Origin: Raillietiella orientalis
Taxonomy: Eukaryota
Length of the DNA stretch: 64,000 nt
Assembly (NCBI GenBank): GCA_036172245.1
Contig: JAYWIR010000001.1
Span: 7,626,001 to 7,690,000, forward strand
Reading direction: 5' to 3'
The position numbers and the translations under genes are program-made. Shown one piece after another: positions 1 through 13,433 of the stretch; position 1 is the stretch's first letter; every line of letters begins with the position of its first letter. Below the pieces are notes generated by a model. It saw only the letters and a list, made by a program, of their open reading frames with translations. It was not told where the DNA came from and ran no database searches.

Positions 1-3000
1 CGAAAGGAAGGACGTTCCCTTCTCTCCTTCCCCCTCATTCCTCTTCGTTTCCTCTGTCGTGGTCGAGAGAGGCGAGGAGCGTCCACTCTTCGAGCTCCCT
101 TCTCCTCCAGGATCGAAGACGGTGGGAGGAAAAGATGCGTCTCCGAAAGGGGACGGGGGATGGGATCAGGAAAGAGGGAGGGAGCAGGAGGCTCGTGTGA
201 ATACGTCGCCGCTTCCTGACAGCCTTGGAGGGAGAGTCCGAAATCGGAAGAGGGGGGGAGGGGGGAAGAAAGGGACCGAAGGGAAGCATCCCTCCTCCCC
301 CTGTAGGATACCATCCACTCCAGAGGGAGGAGGAGGAATGTCCCGAAAACGCCAGGGGGCTGTTGGAGTTGGCACGTTCACTGAAGCAGAAGGGGATGTG
401 GGGCGGAGTCCCCAGTCTCCCTTACCCTCTGCCACCACCAACTTCCGCTAGAGTTCTCCTTCTCCACCCTCAGCATCTTCAGGAGTGTCGACGGTGACCG
501 CACATTCTTTCCCTTGGCTCTTCGCCCTTCCCTCTTCAGAGGAACGGTCAGAACGCTCCTCTCACGCTGCCCTCCTCCTAGGGCCGGACGTTGCCATAAG
601 GATGCTCTAGTTTTATTTTTTTTTCTTTTTTCGGGGTAGGGAGGCTAAGAGAGAGGGATGATGGTGAGTGATCAGTGGATCCTTGGGAACGGTTAGCAGC
701 TCGAAGTGGCAATGTTACCCCCCCACTCCCACTACCCCGCCGTCTTCTCCCTACCCCTTCAGCACTCCGAGGTGGAAAAGGCGATAGCGCCCCTCTCCCT
801 TTGCTCCTTCTCCTCCCAATGCGCCGTGATGGTCCCGTTGATTTATGATCCTCCACCCCCTCGACCCTTCCCCTCCCCCCTCTACTCCCCTTCTCCTCCG
901 CCTTCTGCGAGCCGGACACGCCTCCCAGGCGGAGGGGGACCCGAGCGGAACGATACCCGGTGACGTGTCCACAATGGGGGGAACGTCCGCCCTTCCCTCC
1001 CGGCTGGTCCTCTTGCGTGATTTATTTCGCGCACGCGAAGGAAGAAGCTAGCACGGCAGGTGGGGAGGGACCCCGCGTCCCGGATCGAGAGGCATGAAGG
1101 GGGGGGAGGGAGAAGAGTGGGAGAAACGCCATTTCTGGGAGACTGCCTGCCGAGTCCTGGGGACGCGCCCGAGGAGGCGAGTTTCCCTGGTCCATACTCC
1201 AGAGAGGGAAGGAAGAGGAGATCGGCGAGGGTCTCCCCCGCACCTGCTCCGCGGTCTCGGTGGAAAGGCTGCGCGTGGTGCCCCCTTGGCTCTCCTTCTC
1301 CCGTAGAGAGCGGTCTTCGCGACCTCCTCACGTCCCTTCCCGGACGGAAGGAAGCAGCCGCGTGGACGGCAGTTCCTGGAGGCGAGGAGGGGGAGGGGGA
1401 GGAGAGAGCAGCTGCCGCCACGGGACCCCCTCCCTTTCCGCTGCCTCTTTTCCTCGAGAGGCGGAAGTGACCTCAACGGAAGGTCCTTTGCCTCCCAAAA
1501 GTGGAAGTCACCCTCCTCTTCCTCTTCCTCTCGCTGCTGCTCTCCTGGGATGGTCCCACCGGATTCCACCTCTCGGGCGCTTCATGGACCCTGTCGCCCT
1601 CCCGGCTGGAAGGCGCCTCGCTGCACCGCCGCTGTGTTTCGTCGAGTGGCAGCGATGCGCGCGCATGCATTTTCTGGGCCTGCTTGAGCGCTCCTGCCCC
1701 ACCAGAAGAGCGGGGGAGAAGGGGAGGGGCACGTATCCCGAAGAACGCCTCTTTCCTGGGAACTGGTACGGAACCAGCGATCTGCGTCCGATTCGCATCT
1801 CCTTTCTTCGGGGAGGAGGGGAAGGAAGGAAACGGGGCTCGAAAAAAACGGGAGGAAAGTCACCGGAGTATCCCTATGTCAACGTCCGAGTCCAGAGGAC
1901 GTTGGGAGACGGACCTCCCTACCGAAAGAGGAAAGGGGCATGCGGTCTCTTCGCCGTCGGTGTCCCTGAAGAGACTGAGAGTAGCGAGAGAGCCCCACTT
2001 ATGGCCCCCACCACCTATTTCCTCCACCCATTTCCTCCTGCCCCTCCACGTTTCCCCGGGTCGGCTATAGGGAGGGCTGGAGAGGACATCAAGGGAAGGG
2101 TAGATGGAGGGAGGAGAGCGAGCATGCGGCGAATGAAGCCTCTCGTCGCTAAACAGTGCCTGGGAAACGACCGTGCGGAAGGAACCTCGGACTGCCCTTC
2201 GTGCAAAGGGAGCTCTAGACGGGAGCAGGAAGAGGGATGGAGCTTTCTTCTACCCTCCTTTCCCTTCGAGGACACCTCAAGGGGTGGGGGGAAGGACGCC
2301 ACGGAGAAGAAGCAACGAGAGGGAGCGCGGTCCTCCTCCGGGATCGCCTTTTTCCGAGGAGGAAGACAGAGGTAAAGGATCCCCCACCCCATCAAGGTCC
2401 CTTCCTCTGTCCCCTCCCTTCCCGGGACTGGGCAGTTTCTTCCGAGGCGCCAGCAGAGATTCACGAATGCCTCCGGACTTCGCCTTCCACGGTCCCTGGG
2501 CGTTGTGGCTCTCTCGCCGGAGAGGGAAACGAGAGAAGAAAGAGGCTGGGCAGAGACTCGTCCCTTGCAGCTTCCGGACTGGGACGCCGCTGGCTGGTGA
2601 GGGGAGTTGGGATCGGAGGTGGAGCCATGGCGGCAAGGGGAAGAGGAGGAAGAGCAGGAAGGAGCTCACGCGTCGATCCTTCTGTCGCTTGAGCTTCCCC
2701 TTCCTCACTCCCTGTCCCACTTGGAGGGATGAGACCTGGGAGGGAGCGAGCAGGAAGAGCAGAGGTGCGTGGAGGGGTTTATAATCTTTCTGGGATAATG
2801 TTCGGAGATTTGCCCAACCACGGCCTCGCAGCGCCACCGCTCCCATCCTCCATCGTCGTCGATGGATTTTCTCCCCCCAGGCCCTCTCGCCCGCCCGAAT
2901 GCGCGTGGGAGCGTGCTGAGAAAGAGGTCGCGTCGCTCTTGCACTCATAGGGAGGCGTAGTTCAAGGAGAGGGCGAGGGTCTTGATAACCATGAAGCCCC

Positions 3001-6000
3001 CTTCGCTCCCCAAGAGGTAGGCGCCTGGAGGGAACGGGCTTTCTCAGTGCCTACATCGCTTCCCGGAAGGGGCGAGCGAACGGGGAAAAGTTGAGGGCCG
3101 GGAGGGAGCGGGAAGGTGGGGTTGCGGGCGATCCGCGATACCGGATGCATCGCTCTCCTTCCCTATTCTGAAGAAGGAACCAGCAAAGGGAGGGGGGGCG
3201 CTCTCTCCTGTATCCCGGGCGTTCCTCTCCCGAGTCTTCACCGCCGGAGGCATGCACGCGACGCACAAGGGGAGTGAAGGGGTTCCTGGAATAGCTGACC
3301 CGAGTGGAGGACGGGAGAAGTTCGTTCTTCCGCCGCTCCCTTGGGAGCGACCGCGGGCCCATCCCAGGAGGGAGAAGGTAGGAGCTCCTGGGAGGGCGAT
3401 GGGACTTCCACTTTCCTCCCAACTCCTCACCGAGGGTTCACGGTGGGGAATACCGGAGAGAGGGAGGAGAGGTGGGAAGGTGTGCCTTCTCTCGGCGACG
3501 TGACCCTCCCCTCCCGGGAAGCTCGCCGAAACTGGGAATCTCCCGGAGAGGTGATGGAGACGCCCGTCAATTACCGGGTTTCCCGTGGCGTGTAAACAAA
3601 GGGAGGACAACAAATCAGCCGGGTCGCATCCCCGGGACGTTTCAGCGCGATGGATGGAGAGCAGTAAATCTTCCTCCAGGAAGGGAGCTGGAGGAGGAGG
3701 AGGAAAAGGGAGGAGGAGGAGGGCGGGGTGGCATTCCGGGATTCCGCCCGCTCGCAGGAACCAGACGCCTGTCGGTGTACTGAGGGACCGCCTACTCCCT
3801 CCCTTCCCGGGAAACCCCTAGAAAGGAGGAGGAGGCGGGGGAAGGGAAGCTTTCTCGGGGAGGAGGGGAGGGGAGCGGGGTAGGGGAGGGCAGAGCGTCT
3901 CCAGCCGCGGAGAGCCACCAGTCGCTGCTGGCGCCGCCGCCGCGGCCTCTCCAGGGAGGGGAGGAGCCTTCCCGCCGTCCCATCAATCAGCGCGTCCCGG
4001 GCGAACAGACGAGGTTCTGACGGGAGCCCGCGCCCTCCCCCACTTCCACCCCCGCAACCCACCCTCCCGAGCAATGTTCGCGTGACGGGTTCGCAGGGAT
4101 CGGAATCCGTCGGGACAGATTCCAGGGGAGCCTCCCGGGAATCTGTCCGGGGGCGCGCGGTGGAAAAGGGAGGGGAGGCAGAAGGCGCCGCGACTGCGGG
4201 TGGAGTCGTCTCTCCCCGGGGGAAAACTGTTGTCGCCCAGATTCCTTCCCTTCCTCTCTGGGAGGACCACCCGCTTCCACCACGGAGAACCAGCCGTCCT
4301 ACGCAGCCCCTCTCCCGAGAGCGCCCTGCTCCGCCTCACCTTACCTTCACCCTTTCCCAGTCCTCGTAGCGCAGGAAAGGGATGGCTATATCTCTCCGGG
4401 AGGAGAAGGCGGACCTTTTCCCAATGTGCCTGCTCTCCCACAGGGGAGCCGGGGGAGGGCCGTGAGACCCGCAGGGAAAAATCTTGTCCCTCGGAGGAGA
4501 AGGACCTCGGAAAGGGAGAAAGGGGTAGAGTGTTCCTCGGAGTCCCCTTCCCTTCCCCACGGATCTTCCCCTCGCCTTCCCCTATTCAAGAGGCCGTGCA
4601 GAAAGGGAGGCAGGAGATAGGCAAACCGAATCCCTCCCTCCCACCCCTCCTTAGCTCCTCCTGGTTGAGGCAGATCGAGAGCGCGTGGACGAGATTCAAG
4701 ATAGAGGACATGTTCCTATGCCCAGCAGCGATTCCCCGGTCCCCCTCCATTGTTGAGGTCTTCTCTCCCCCACCTCCCCCTCGCAGCGAATCCTCGATAT
4801 TCCCTTGGGTCCCTGGGAAGGGCGGAGCCCTTCGAGCCGATCCTTTCCTCCTCCTCCCGATCAATTCCCGGCGTCCTCCGCTCCCAGCGTCTCCTGGTCG
4901 GTGTGCTCCGAGGTTCCGGGACTCGCGGGAGAGCACCAATCGAAGGACTCGATTTCCCGAGGATTGATCCAGGAGGAAGCGAAAGGAAGGGGAGAAGCTC
5001 GGGGAGAGCGTCCAGGTCTCCTCCCTTCCGCACTAGCCCGGAATTCTTCCTTGTCTGTGGGACTAGGGAAGGGTGGAAGGGAAGAGGTGGAAAAAAAAAA
5101 GGAAAAAAAATCCTCCTGTAGGGAAGTCCGGGATTCATCCGGCCGGATCTTCTGCGTGCCGGAATCGATCCAGTCGGCCGGGACTGCCCTCTGGTCAGAT
5201 CCCTCCCCTCTGCATTGACAAACGCGGGATCCTTCCCTGAGTGGCTACCGAGAGTTCTCAGGGGCGAGGGGTAGACGGCGCATGCTCCCTGACCTCGCGA
5301 GGCGACGCAAACGGCAGGAAGGTCCTGAGTCCGCAAGCCCTCAGGAGGTAGGTGGGAGAGGGGGGGATGCACAACAGCAGCTCCCTCCCGCCAGTCCCCT
5401 TTTGAAAGAGGTGGGGGAGGGGGGAGTCAAAAGAAGAGCGGTCAGCAGAGGCAGCAACCGGTCCTCCCCGGAGGCAGGTCAGAAGACCGCCGGCACTCCG
5501 GGAGAGAGGACTTCCCGCATGTTCCCCAGGAGGCGCCGCGCGACCTCCGACTTTTCTTCTTTCCTCTGCCTTCTGCCGTAGGTCAGATATCCTGGAACGT
5601 GGGCAGCTATCCACGGACCGAATCGCAGGTCAGAAAAAGCGGGTTGCTCAGGAAGGGTCGATGGGCCGTTGTCCGCACCTGCACGGCACAGGATGGAAGT
5701 GCAGATTGGCATTCGCACTAATTCCTTTCCCCCTCCCCCTGTTAGATAGGGCCTCCGAATCGCCCCCTGGATCGATCTCTTTGCAGAAAGGAGGGGCTGC
5801 TTCATCCTCCCTCCTCTCCCTCCCTCTTCCCGATGCGACCAGGAGGCGAAAGGAGTCATTTCTCCTCCGGGCAGATTTTCCCAAGGATAGAACCTTGGGG
5901 TCGTCTCCTGTCGTGGAACGGACCGGGACCTGTCGCCACGCTTTTGATCTCCTTGGATGAGCCTGCGGAAGAGGAGGGAGGAGGGTAAGACTCCTGCTGC

Positions 6001-9000
6001 CTACAGCACGGAGACGAGGGACGGGGGACCCCTCTGGACCATCCAAGCTGGATGTTAGTTGGGGCCCTTTCCTGCCCTTCCCTTCCGTCACGACACTGGG
6101 CGCAGCTGCAGCCCATCTACGAAGGGTTTCTGACACACCGATGAAGGAGAGGTGGTTCCGAGATGGGGATGAACCGTTCTCAGTTTCCTGCCAGAAGTCT
6201 TGCCTACCCCGGGGGAAATGTCGAACGGGTTGAGAGAGTCCGAGGGTCCGAGAGTGGGCGCACGAGGGGTGCCTTAGGTCCAGGGGAGAACCATCTCGAA
6301 ACACCTCCTTCCTAACGGAGGAAGGGCAAAAAATGGGACCTTCCAAGGCCGGGAGAGAGTGGGTGCAGCCGGTGTCGCGAGGTGGCTTGGAGGCTCGCAG
6401 AAAGTGAGGCAGGGAGGCCGTAAAAAGGGGTGGGGTGAAGGCGTGTGGACTCCCGAAGAGTGAGAGGGATGCTGCAAGAGGGTGGGAGCAAGTTGACTCC
6501 TCAGAGCAGACCCCATAATCTAGCCGGCTCCGGGGGGTTCCGTTCTGGAAGACGAGGATCGTCTCCTGGGAGATCACCGCGGACCTGGGCGAGGCCAGTG
6601 AGGATCCCCTGGAGGACGAGCGGATGGTGGCAATTCGGGGCACAGGGAAAGGGTAGAAGGCATCTCCTCCGGCCCCTCCCTACCTTATACAGGGAAGGAG
6701 AACGCTTGCAGAGCCGTGACCTTTGCAGAGGTCGGCTGCAGTGCCACTTCGGAGGGCGTGAACGGGAGGTCGCGTTGGGATGGGATCTCTCGCCCCACAG
6801 TGCGCTTCTGGGAGGGGGGGGGGTTCATCTCCTGGAAGGAAGATCTTCCTGGAAATCCCGGCCACTCGCGAGTCAGCGGTGAAGGGGGGGGGGGGCAGCA
6901 GCGACGTGACCCTCAGACCAGAGCCGAGGCTCCCCGAGAGGCAACGGTGCCCGAGGCGCGGGTTCTAACTCTCATGAGAGGGCTGGCGCGTTCGCAGTGA
7001 CGAATGGGAGGGGAGATTGCAGCATCCTTTGGCAGGACCTCAGACGTTTCGACTGATGCCATCCAGACGGCAGATCGCTGTCCTCAGGTGGTCGCAAAGC
7101 GAGCATCCTGTGAGGAAGGTCCTCTTCCTCCGTGGACTGATGATGACGGTCTTCCTGTTCAGATCGCCATCTTCGTAGGGCCTTCCGACGTGGGACGGAG
7201 CGGAGGAAGACGCTAGGGGAAAGAGTTGGAGAGTTGACACCCTGCCCGTAAGGCGGTCTGGAGGATCAGCTACCAGGGTGAGGAGGGCGAGGGAGCAAGC
7301 GAGGAAGGCCAGGTCACTGCTGCAAGAGGGGCGAGGAGCGGCAGCGTAGGAGGCACGGAGGGAGATTCTGGAGCGGACAACCACGTGGCAGCGGTCAGGG
7401 TGCAAAGCTGGTGGGTACCTCCTCATGCGGGGACCCGAGGCTTCCGGGAGAACCAGGTTTCTAACATCGTTGCCACGGAGACCGGGTCTGGGGGATGCAA
7501 TAACGCAGCCGCCGCATTCCCCTGGGAGGGGAGCGATCGCTGACCCGACGGGTACTAAGGAAACGAGGGCGGTGCACTCCCGGCGGCGCGAGGGAGGAGG
7601 GCGGCATTTACCATGGGTCGGCACATAACCGTGGAAACGAACGCCCGCCGCTCTGCGTGCGGGTCGATGCTGCTGAAACCTCGGGAAAAAGGAGGGGAGA
7701 GGGGAACGGTGGATGGTTGCTTCGGGCTGGGGGCTACTGCGGGTGGTTTCCGTCAGCACCTTGGACCAAGAGCAATCTTAGGGAGGGAGAGTAGGAGGAA
7801 CAAGGGAGCAAAAGCGTGGGGATTCATCCCAGAGGTTCTCATCCAGAGAAAGGGAAGAGGAAGGAGGAGACAAAAAAAAAAAAAACACGGGAGGAATACT
7901 GGAAACGCACTCCCTCCGTCTTTACCATCCCTCCCATGAGCGGACCACGAGCGATTCGGGAGAACGCCAGCAGACCTGGGGACGATGGAATTCCCTGTTC
8001 TCTTCTTCCTCCTTCTATTCTCTTTCTCCCTTCGCTCCCTTAATCTCCAGTGATGGAGGGATTATGTGGCAGGTCACCCACGCAGCTTCGCTCTTCCCGA
8101 AGCTGCGTGGTTCCAGTGGAATGGGCACGGGAAGCGGTGTCGGAGCTGCTACTGGTGGAGGAACCGGGTGTTACCGGGAGTCGCCTATTTATCCCTGCTC
8201 CGGAGGCTCCACCGAGATGCTCTGGAGGGAGGGTAAGGGACGGGACGCGAGGTCAGTATGCGGCTGTGCAGGGGGAGGAGCGTTGGGAGAGGCATTTTTC
8301 TCCAGACCCCCATCTTGCGGGAAGGGGCGAGAGTTTTGAAGAGAGAGAAGTTTTCTCCGTGAGGGTCAGGAGGTTCATAGAGAGGCGCTGTCTCTCCTTC
8401 GGTTGCGTGGCTCTTCCTGCATGGGGGAAGGGGGGGAGGGCGGAGGAGGAGGAGAGAGGGGAGAGGGGAGGAGTCGAGCTTGCGCTACCTCCGCCGCCCG
8501 GAAACGCGCCTTTCCAAGGGCCCTCCCTCGCCGGGAGGAAGGAGGCGCGCGCTGTCAGCGAGTCATTCCCTTAAGGGGAGAGGGGAAGGAGGCTCAGGTC
8601 ATGCGACGACAGGGGAGCGGGCGCAAGCGCTCTTGGGGGAAGGCGCGCGCTTGCTAACGGCGCGGTCCATGCAGCTTGCCTCCGGCGGACCCGATCCATC
8701 CTCCGCGCGGGACCGAGGACAGGGCTGAGGAGCGGAACTGGAAAGGGAGTTGGCTGCGCGCGCTCTCACTTCCCGGTTCGCTCTCCCAACCCTCTCCCCC
8801 TTCCTCCATTCCCTGGACAAGGAAAGGGGCGGCAGCGGGAAGGGTTCGACGGCGGCTCCAGGAGAGGCGGGAGCGAGGAAGCGTCGCCATGCGACCGCTC
8901 TCCGGGGAAGGGAAGCAGGAATCTTCTGCTCCCGAGATGGACCCCAGGTGGGAAAGCTAACCACTCCTCGCAGGCGTCGCGGCCACGAGGGAGGGAGCAG

Positions 9001-11589
9001 GGAGGGAAAGCAGGAATGGCCGAGGGTGTGATATAGAACAAGGAGGAGGATGACCAGCAGAGAAAGGGGAGAAGGGAATGGGGATACGAGTCCTGCTTGA
9101 TCTTGCCAGGAATTCAGCTGATCTGACCTCTGTCCCCCTCAGAGACACTCCAGGGATGGATGAGAATTCGAGCCGGCGGGGGGGGCGCATCGATCCGTTG
9201 AAGGAGGGACACATGGAGGAGGGAGGAGAGGCTTCGAATAGGGAGTGAGGTTGCCCAGCAACGTTGCCACGCAACCGCTTCCCTCCCTCCCCCTTCATAA
9301 TTCTCCCCTCCGATCCGTCAAGCGAGCAGATCCGTGATCCCGGAGACCTCGAGGAGGATTTTCCCTCTCCCCTCCCCCCTTCTTCCTCGGGGCAACAGCT
9401 CGCTCGCGATGCTGGAATGTCTGCGCGGTCCGCCGCCGCTCTCGAGATCGACCCGAGGGCTCGCAGGCATCCAGGGATTTCGCGTGCTCAGGGATGCCTC
9501 CCCTTTCATTCTGCTCCCGGTAGCGGTCGAGGGGACCCTCTGGGAAAGGAAAGAGGGGAATTACCCCCCCCCCCACACACACACACTTGCCACCTACCAT
9601 GCTGGTAGCCAAGCGGGAAGAGGAACACGGGAACCTGGAGGAGATTAAAAAAAAAAAAAAAGAAAAAGGACGGGGGGAGGGGGAGGGGCACCACCGCCCG
9701 CGAATTGTTCGCGCAGGAATTTTTACGAGCGCGTTCCTCCCTCCCCCACTTCTTCCTCTTCCTCCAGCTTCCAGGGAGCCGATTCTCTGTCAGATCGGGA
9801 AGATCATCCGTAAAGCGCCGCCGCCGCCGCCGCCGCCGCTCCCGGGAGGGATAATAAAGATGGCCGGAACGTGCTTCCAGGATTCCTCCCGGTTTTTTTT
9901 TTTTTTTCTCTTCCCCCTTCCTCTTCCCCCGCCTGGGATCCGTCGAGATGAATTCCTGCGCTCCTCCTCCTCCCGAGGCGTCGATCTCATCTCCCGCCAG
10001 GTGAAAGCCTCAGGAAGAGCCACCCGGATCGGTTCCAGGTCGCTCCCGTGTAGGGGAGGAGGAAGAGAACCGCCCCTCGCCACGAACAGCGTCCCGCCTG
10101 CCCCCCCACGCTAATCCCTCTGCGAGCAGGGAGCGCCCGCTGCCGGACGTGGGGAAAAAGACGAGCCAGGATCAAACCGAAGAGGGAGACCCCTCGCTCT
10201 CTAGGGAAGCGACCTTCCCTCCCCGAGCGTGTAGGGAGGTCCTTGCACCTCCTTCGGCCCGTCCTTCTCCCTCCCTCGCTCCAGTCGGCCCCCAAGGGGA
10301 GGTTGCGAGTGGAGTCCTCCACGCTCCGGGAAAATGACTTGGCAAGAGGACGGGATGAGGAGAGTCATCCGTCCGGGGATAGTGTTCCCGTCCCTCCCTC
10401 TTCTCCCAGCTTCTCCCGATTCGCTGCCCCTCCTTCTCCTTGCGTGGACCGCGTTCCTCCTTCCCTCCCTCCCAGTTTTGCCTCCTCCCCCCGCTCCGCA
10501 CGTGCGGCCCGATGAGTCCTCGACCCTGGACTCCTGACGGGGAAGAGGAGGGGGGGCGATGGGGAACGCCTGGACTTTTCCTTTCAGCTCTTCCCTCCAT
10601 CCCCCCTAGGGACGGAGCTGCTTTCCGAAAGATCCCTCGCCCCTTTCTCCCCCTCCGGTAGGGAGAGCTTCCCCCTCTCTGGTAGCTCCCGGTGCCAGAG
10701 GAGGGAGGTTCTCTGTGCCTCCCCTCCGGGAGGGGCCGAGGATAAGGTGGTATGGGAGTGGGGGAACGGGAGCGGGGGAGCGGCGGCTGCGGCCACCCGA
10801 ACCTACCCCATTCGGGGGATCGGAGGGGAGGTGCCGTTTCGACCTTCGCGACCCGAGAGAATCTTCGGCTCTTCAGGAGGCCTGAGGCGGGGCAGGTACG
10901 TGGGGTGGGGTGGGTGAACCCCCCCTTCCTCCTCCTCCTTCCCGATTTCCCTGAGGGGGGGCGGAAACGAAGGGGTTGCTGCTACTGACGAACCGGCGAC
11001 CTGCACAGGGTAAGGGCTTAGGGAGTGGCGCGGATAGGGGGCTTTCCTTCGGTTCTCCGACCCCGCAGTTCCGGGCAGCGCCGTCGCCCGGCGGCATTCC
11101 GAATGGGCGCAACTCGCAGAGGGGCGTACCTGCGGGAGGTCTCGTCGTCGTCTGTGGCGGATGGTTGCTCCTCCCCTCCCCTCCATAACCCTCGAGATGC
11201 CCTCGGATTCTTTACCAGGGACGGGAGAGGAGGGAGACGTGCAGGGAAGGAGGGGGATGTTTCGAGCCTCGCGACCACCCGCCCCTCTTCCTGGAGTCGA
11301 CACGCGCTCGCCGCACTCCCGATGTGGGCGGTGTTTGTGAGCAGCGGCTCCTCCTCCGAATCAGACTCCAGGTCAGACGATCCCCCAGGAAGAACCCGGG
11401 GGAGCATCAGCCGGTCTGGTTCGTTTCCGGGATTAAGTCATTCCAGCGACCGAGAGGGAGGGGGTGTGCGTTTCCCTGAGGCTTTCGAGCCAGGGGGGAG
11501 TGCAGCTTCCCTATTCCTCCCCATCCTTTGCCCTGCTTACCCTCGTGCCCCCTCCCCCTACGCCTGCACGAATTCCCGTGGGTTGCACG

Positions 11590-11930
11590 CCCTCACGTGA
11601 GCGCCGCGCCCTTGCCGCGGAGCTCGGAGGGGAGCAACGAAAGAGGGGATGAGGGAGAGGTTCCTCGGCTGCTCCGAGCGCGCGCAGGCGCCGCGTCGGC
11701 ATCGGATCGGGAGGCGGCCGGGCGCCCGCGCCATTGGCCGGGGCGCGGGGACGTCCTCCGCGAAGCCCCGCCCCCGCGCTTCCCGACTGAGAGCGCGCAA
11801 AGCCCACGGCCGCGACGGGGGAAGCCGCCGCCGCCGCCGCCGCCGCCGTCGCCGCCGCCTCGCCCGCCTGCCGCCACCTCCTCCCGCGGGACTCTCTGCA
11901 GCGCGGCGGCGGCGGCAGTCGCGTCCCGAC
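11590..11930 (+). promoter_or_regulatory. Probable CpG-rich promoter / 5' UTR of vg
   Basis: TCACGTGA E-box (11593), inverted CCAAT (ATTGG, 11733), GC box CCCCGCCCCC (11766), GCC repeats and an Inr-like GCAGTC (~11915), all within 500 nt upstream of the ATG. The transcription start is inferred only. Confidence 0.4.
11823..11858 (+). repeat. Imperfect (GCC)n trinucleotide repeat upstream of the vg ATG
   Basis: Read directly: gccgccgccgccgccgccgccgccgtcgccgccgcc. Confidence 0.9.
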
Positions 11931-12068
11931 AGTCCCCGGTGGTCGCCGCGCTCACGCAAGGCGCAGCGATCGGTTGGCGCGCGCGCACCCGCAGCAGGGA
12001 CGGCGCGGCAGGCCGAGCAGCGCTGCCGCAGGTCCTGCGCCCCCCTTCCGCCGCCAGGAGACCGACAG

Positions 12069-12167
12069 ATGATGAGCTGCGAGGTCATGTACCAACATCT
12101 TCCGCAGTACTTCTGCCCGGGACTCAACCAGGGGGCTGCCGCAGGCCCCGTCTACCCGGAGGCGAAC
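12069..12167 (+). CDS. vg: vestigial / VGLL transcription cofactor, coding exon 1 of 4
   Basis: ATG at 12069 gives MMSCEVMYQHLPQYF..., resembling the Vg/VGLL N-terminus (MSCxxVMY). The exon ends at a GTAAGT donor at 12168, phase 0. Confidence 0.85.
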
Positions 12168-12906
12168 GTAAGTCAGGCGCTGATCCCCCGTGCGCGCGGG
12201 CGATTCACCCTGCGACTGCGCGCCCGAGGAGGTGGCGGCGGATGGGCGTCCGCCCCTTCGACGAGGCGCGGGTCTCTCCCCTTCAGCCCCCTCCGCACCC
12301 CGGGAAGCCCGTGCCCAGGAACGCCAGGAGAAGGGGCGCGACGGCGGGAATCCTGTTCGCGGTTCCCGTCCCGCTCGGAGACATCCGCTACCCCACCCTT
12401 CCCTCCCTGCCCCTCCTACTCTCTCCCAAGGAATAGCAGTCGGGCCCATCAGGAGCCCCAGGGAGCGTGCGCGCTGGACAGACGGCCCAAACCGCCGTCG
12501 GTCCTCCACCGACCTCCAGGCTGTCCGCGTCCACCCTCCCACCTCTTTCCTTCTTGCAGACCCCCTGGCCTTAATGAAGAGAAAGGGGGACCAGAGCAGC
12601 TTCACCGGAGGGAGCTGCTATCCCCCTTCCTCCCCCCTTCTCGGAAATTCCTTCCGCTGTAGTAACAGCAGCTGCAGCCCTCTTGTTCGAAGGGAGAGAG
12701 GGAGGGGAAAGAGGGACTCTCCTGAGGCAAGCAGGGGAGAGAGAGGGTGGAGCACGCAGAGGCGTCCAGCAGAGGACGGAAGCTTGAGGGAGGAGGAGGG
12801 GAGGGGACGACCTCTCTCCCCTTCCCTTCCCGGAGCCGGGAGCGCTCTCTTCCTGTCTGCTTCCATCCTGTCCCTACGACCACCACCCCTCCTCCTCTTC
12901 CGCCTA

Positions 12907-12929
12907 CGCGCGCGCGCGCGCGCGCGCGC
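12907..12929. repeat. (CG)11 alternating dinucleotide tract in vg intron 1
   Basis: Read directly; perfect CG repeat about 60 nt upstream of the exon 2 acceptor. Confidence 0.95.
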
Positions 12930-12988
12930 TTGGACCCCCCTGCTAATTCGCGCCACGTCCTTCCCCCCTCCTCCTCGCCCTCCCACAG

Positions 12989-13433
12989 AGGTGCCAGATC
13001 GGCCCCGCCAAGGCCCTCGCCTGCGGCAGAAGCGGAGAGTCCCGGCTGCCGTACGTCCCCATGTACAGTGCTTTCCCCGCGGAGGCCAGGACGTTCCTGG
13101 AGCCCTTCAAGCCAGAGCTGGACTTTGCCAAGGGCGGCTCTCAACAGCCGCAGCCGCAGCCGCAGCCGCCGCAGCAGCAGCAGCAGCCGAGCAGCTGCAA
13201 GTTCGGCGCGCCATCGGAGGGCGCCGCCGCCGGCCCCAAAGCGCCGGCGGCGGACGACGACCGAGAGGCCAGCCCGAGGGTGCACTACGTGTCGGCCAAC
13301 TGCGTGGTGCTCACCTACTACACGGGGGACATCCAGACGGTGGTCGAGGAGCACTTCCGGAAGGCGCTGAGCGCTCCCGGAAGCAAGAAGGCGCCGCCTG
13401 CCGCCGGAGCCGGCGGCAAGTATCCCGAGAAAG
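12989..13433 (+). CDS. vg: vestigial / VGLL coding exon 2 (TONDU / Scalloped-TEAD interaction domain)
   Basis: Acceptor cctcccacAG at 12987-12988 with a branch-like ctaat upstream, in frame with exon 1. Encodes a Q/P tract and VHYVSANCVVLTYYTGDIQTVVEEHFRKALS, a TONDU VxxHF motif. Donor AAG|GTACGG at 13434, phase 1. Confidence 0.93.
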
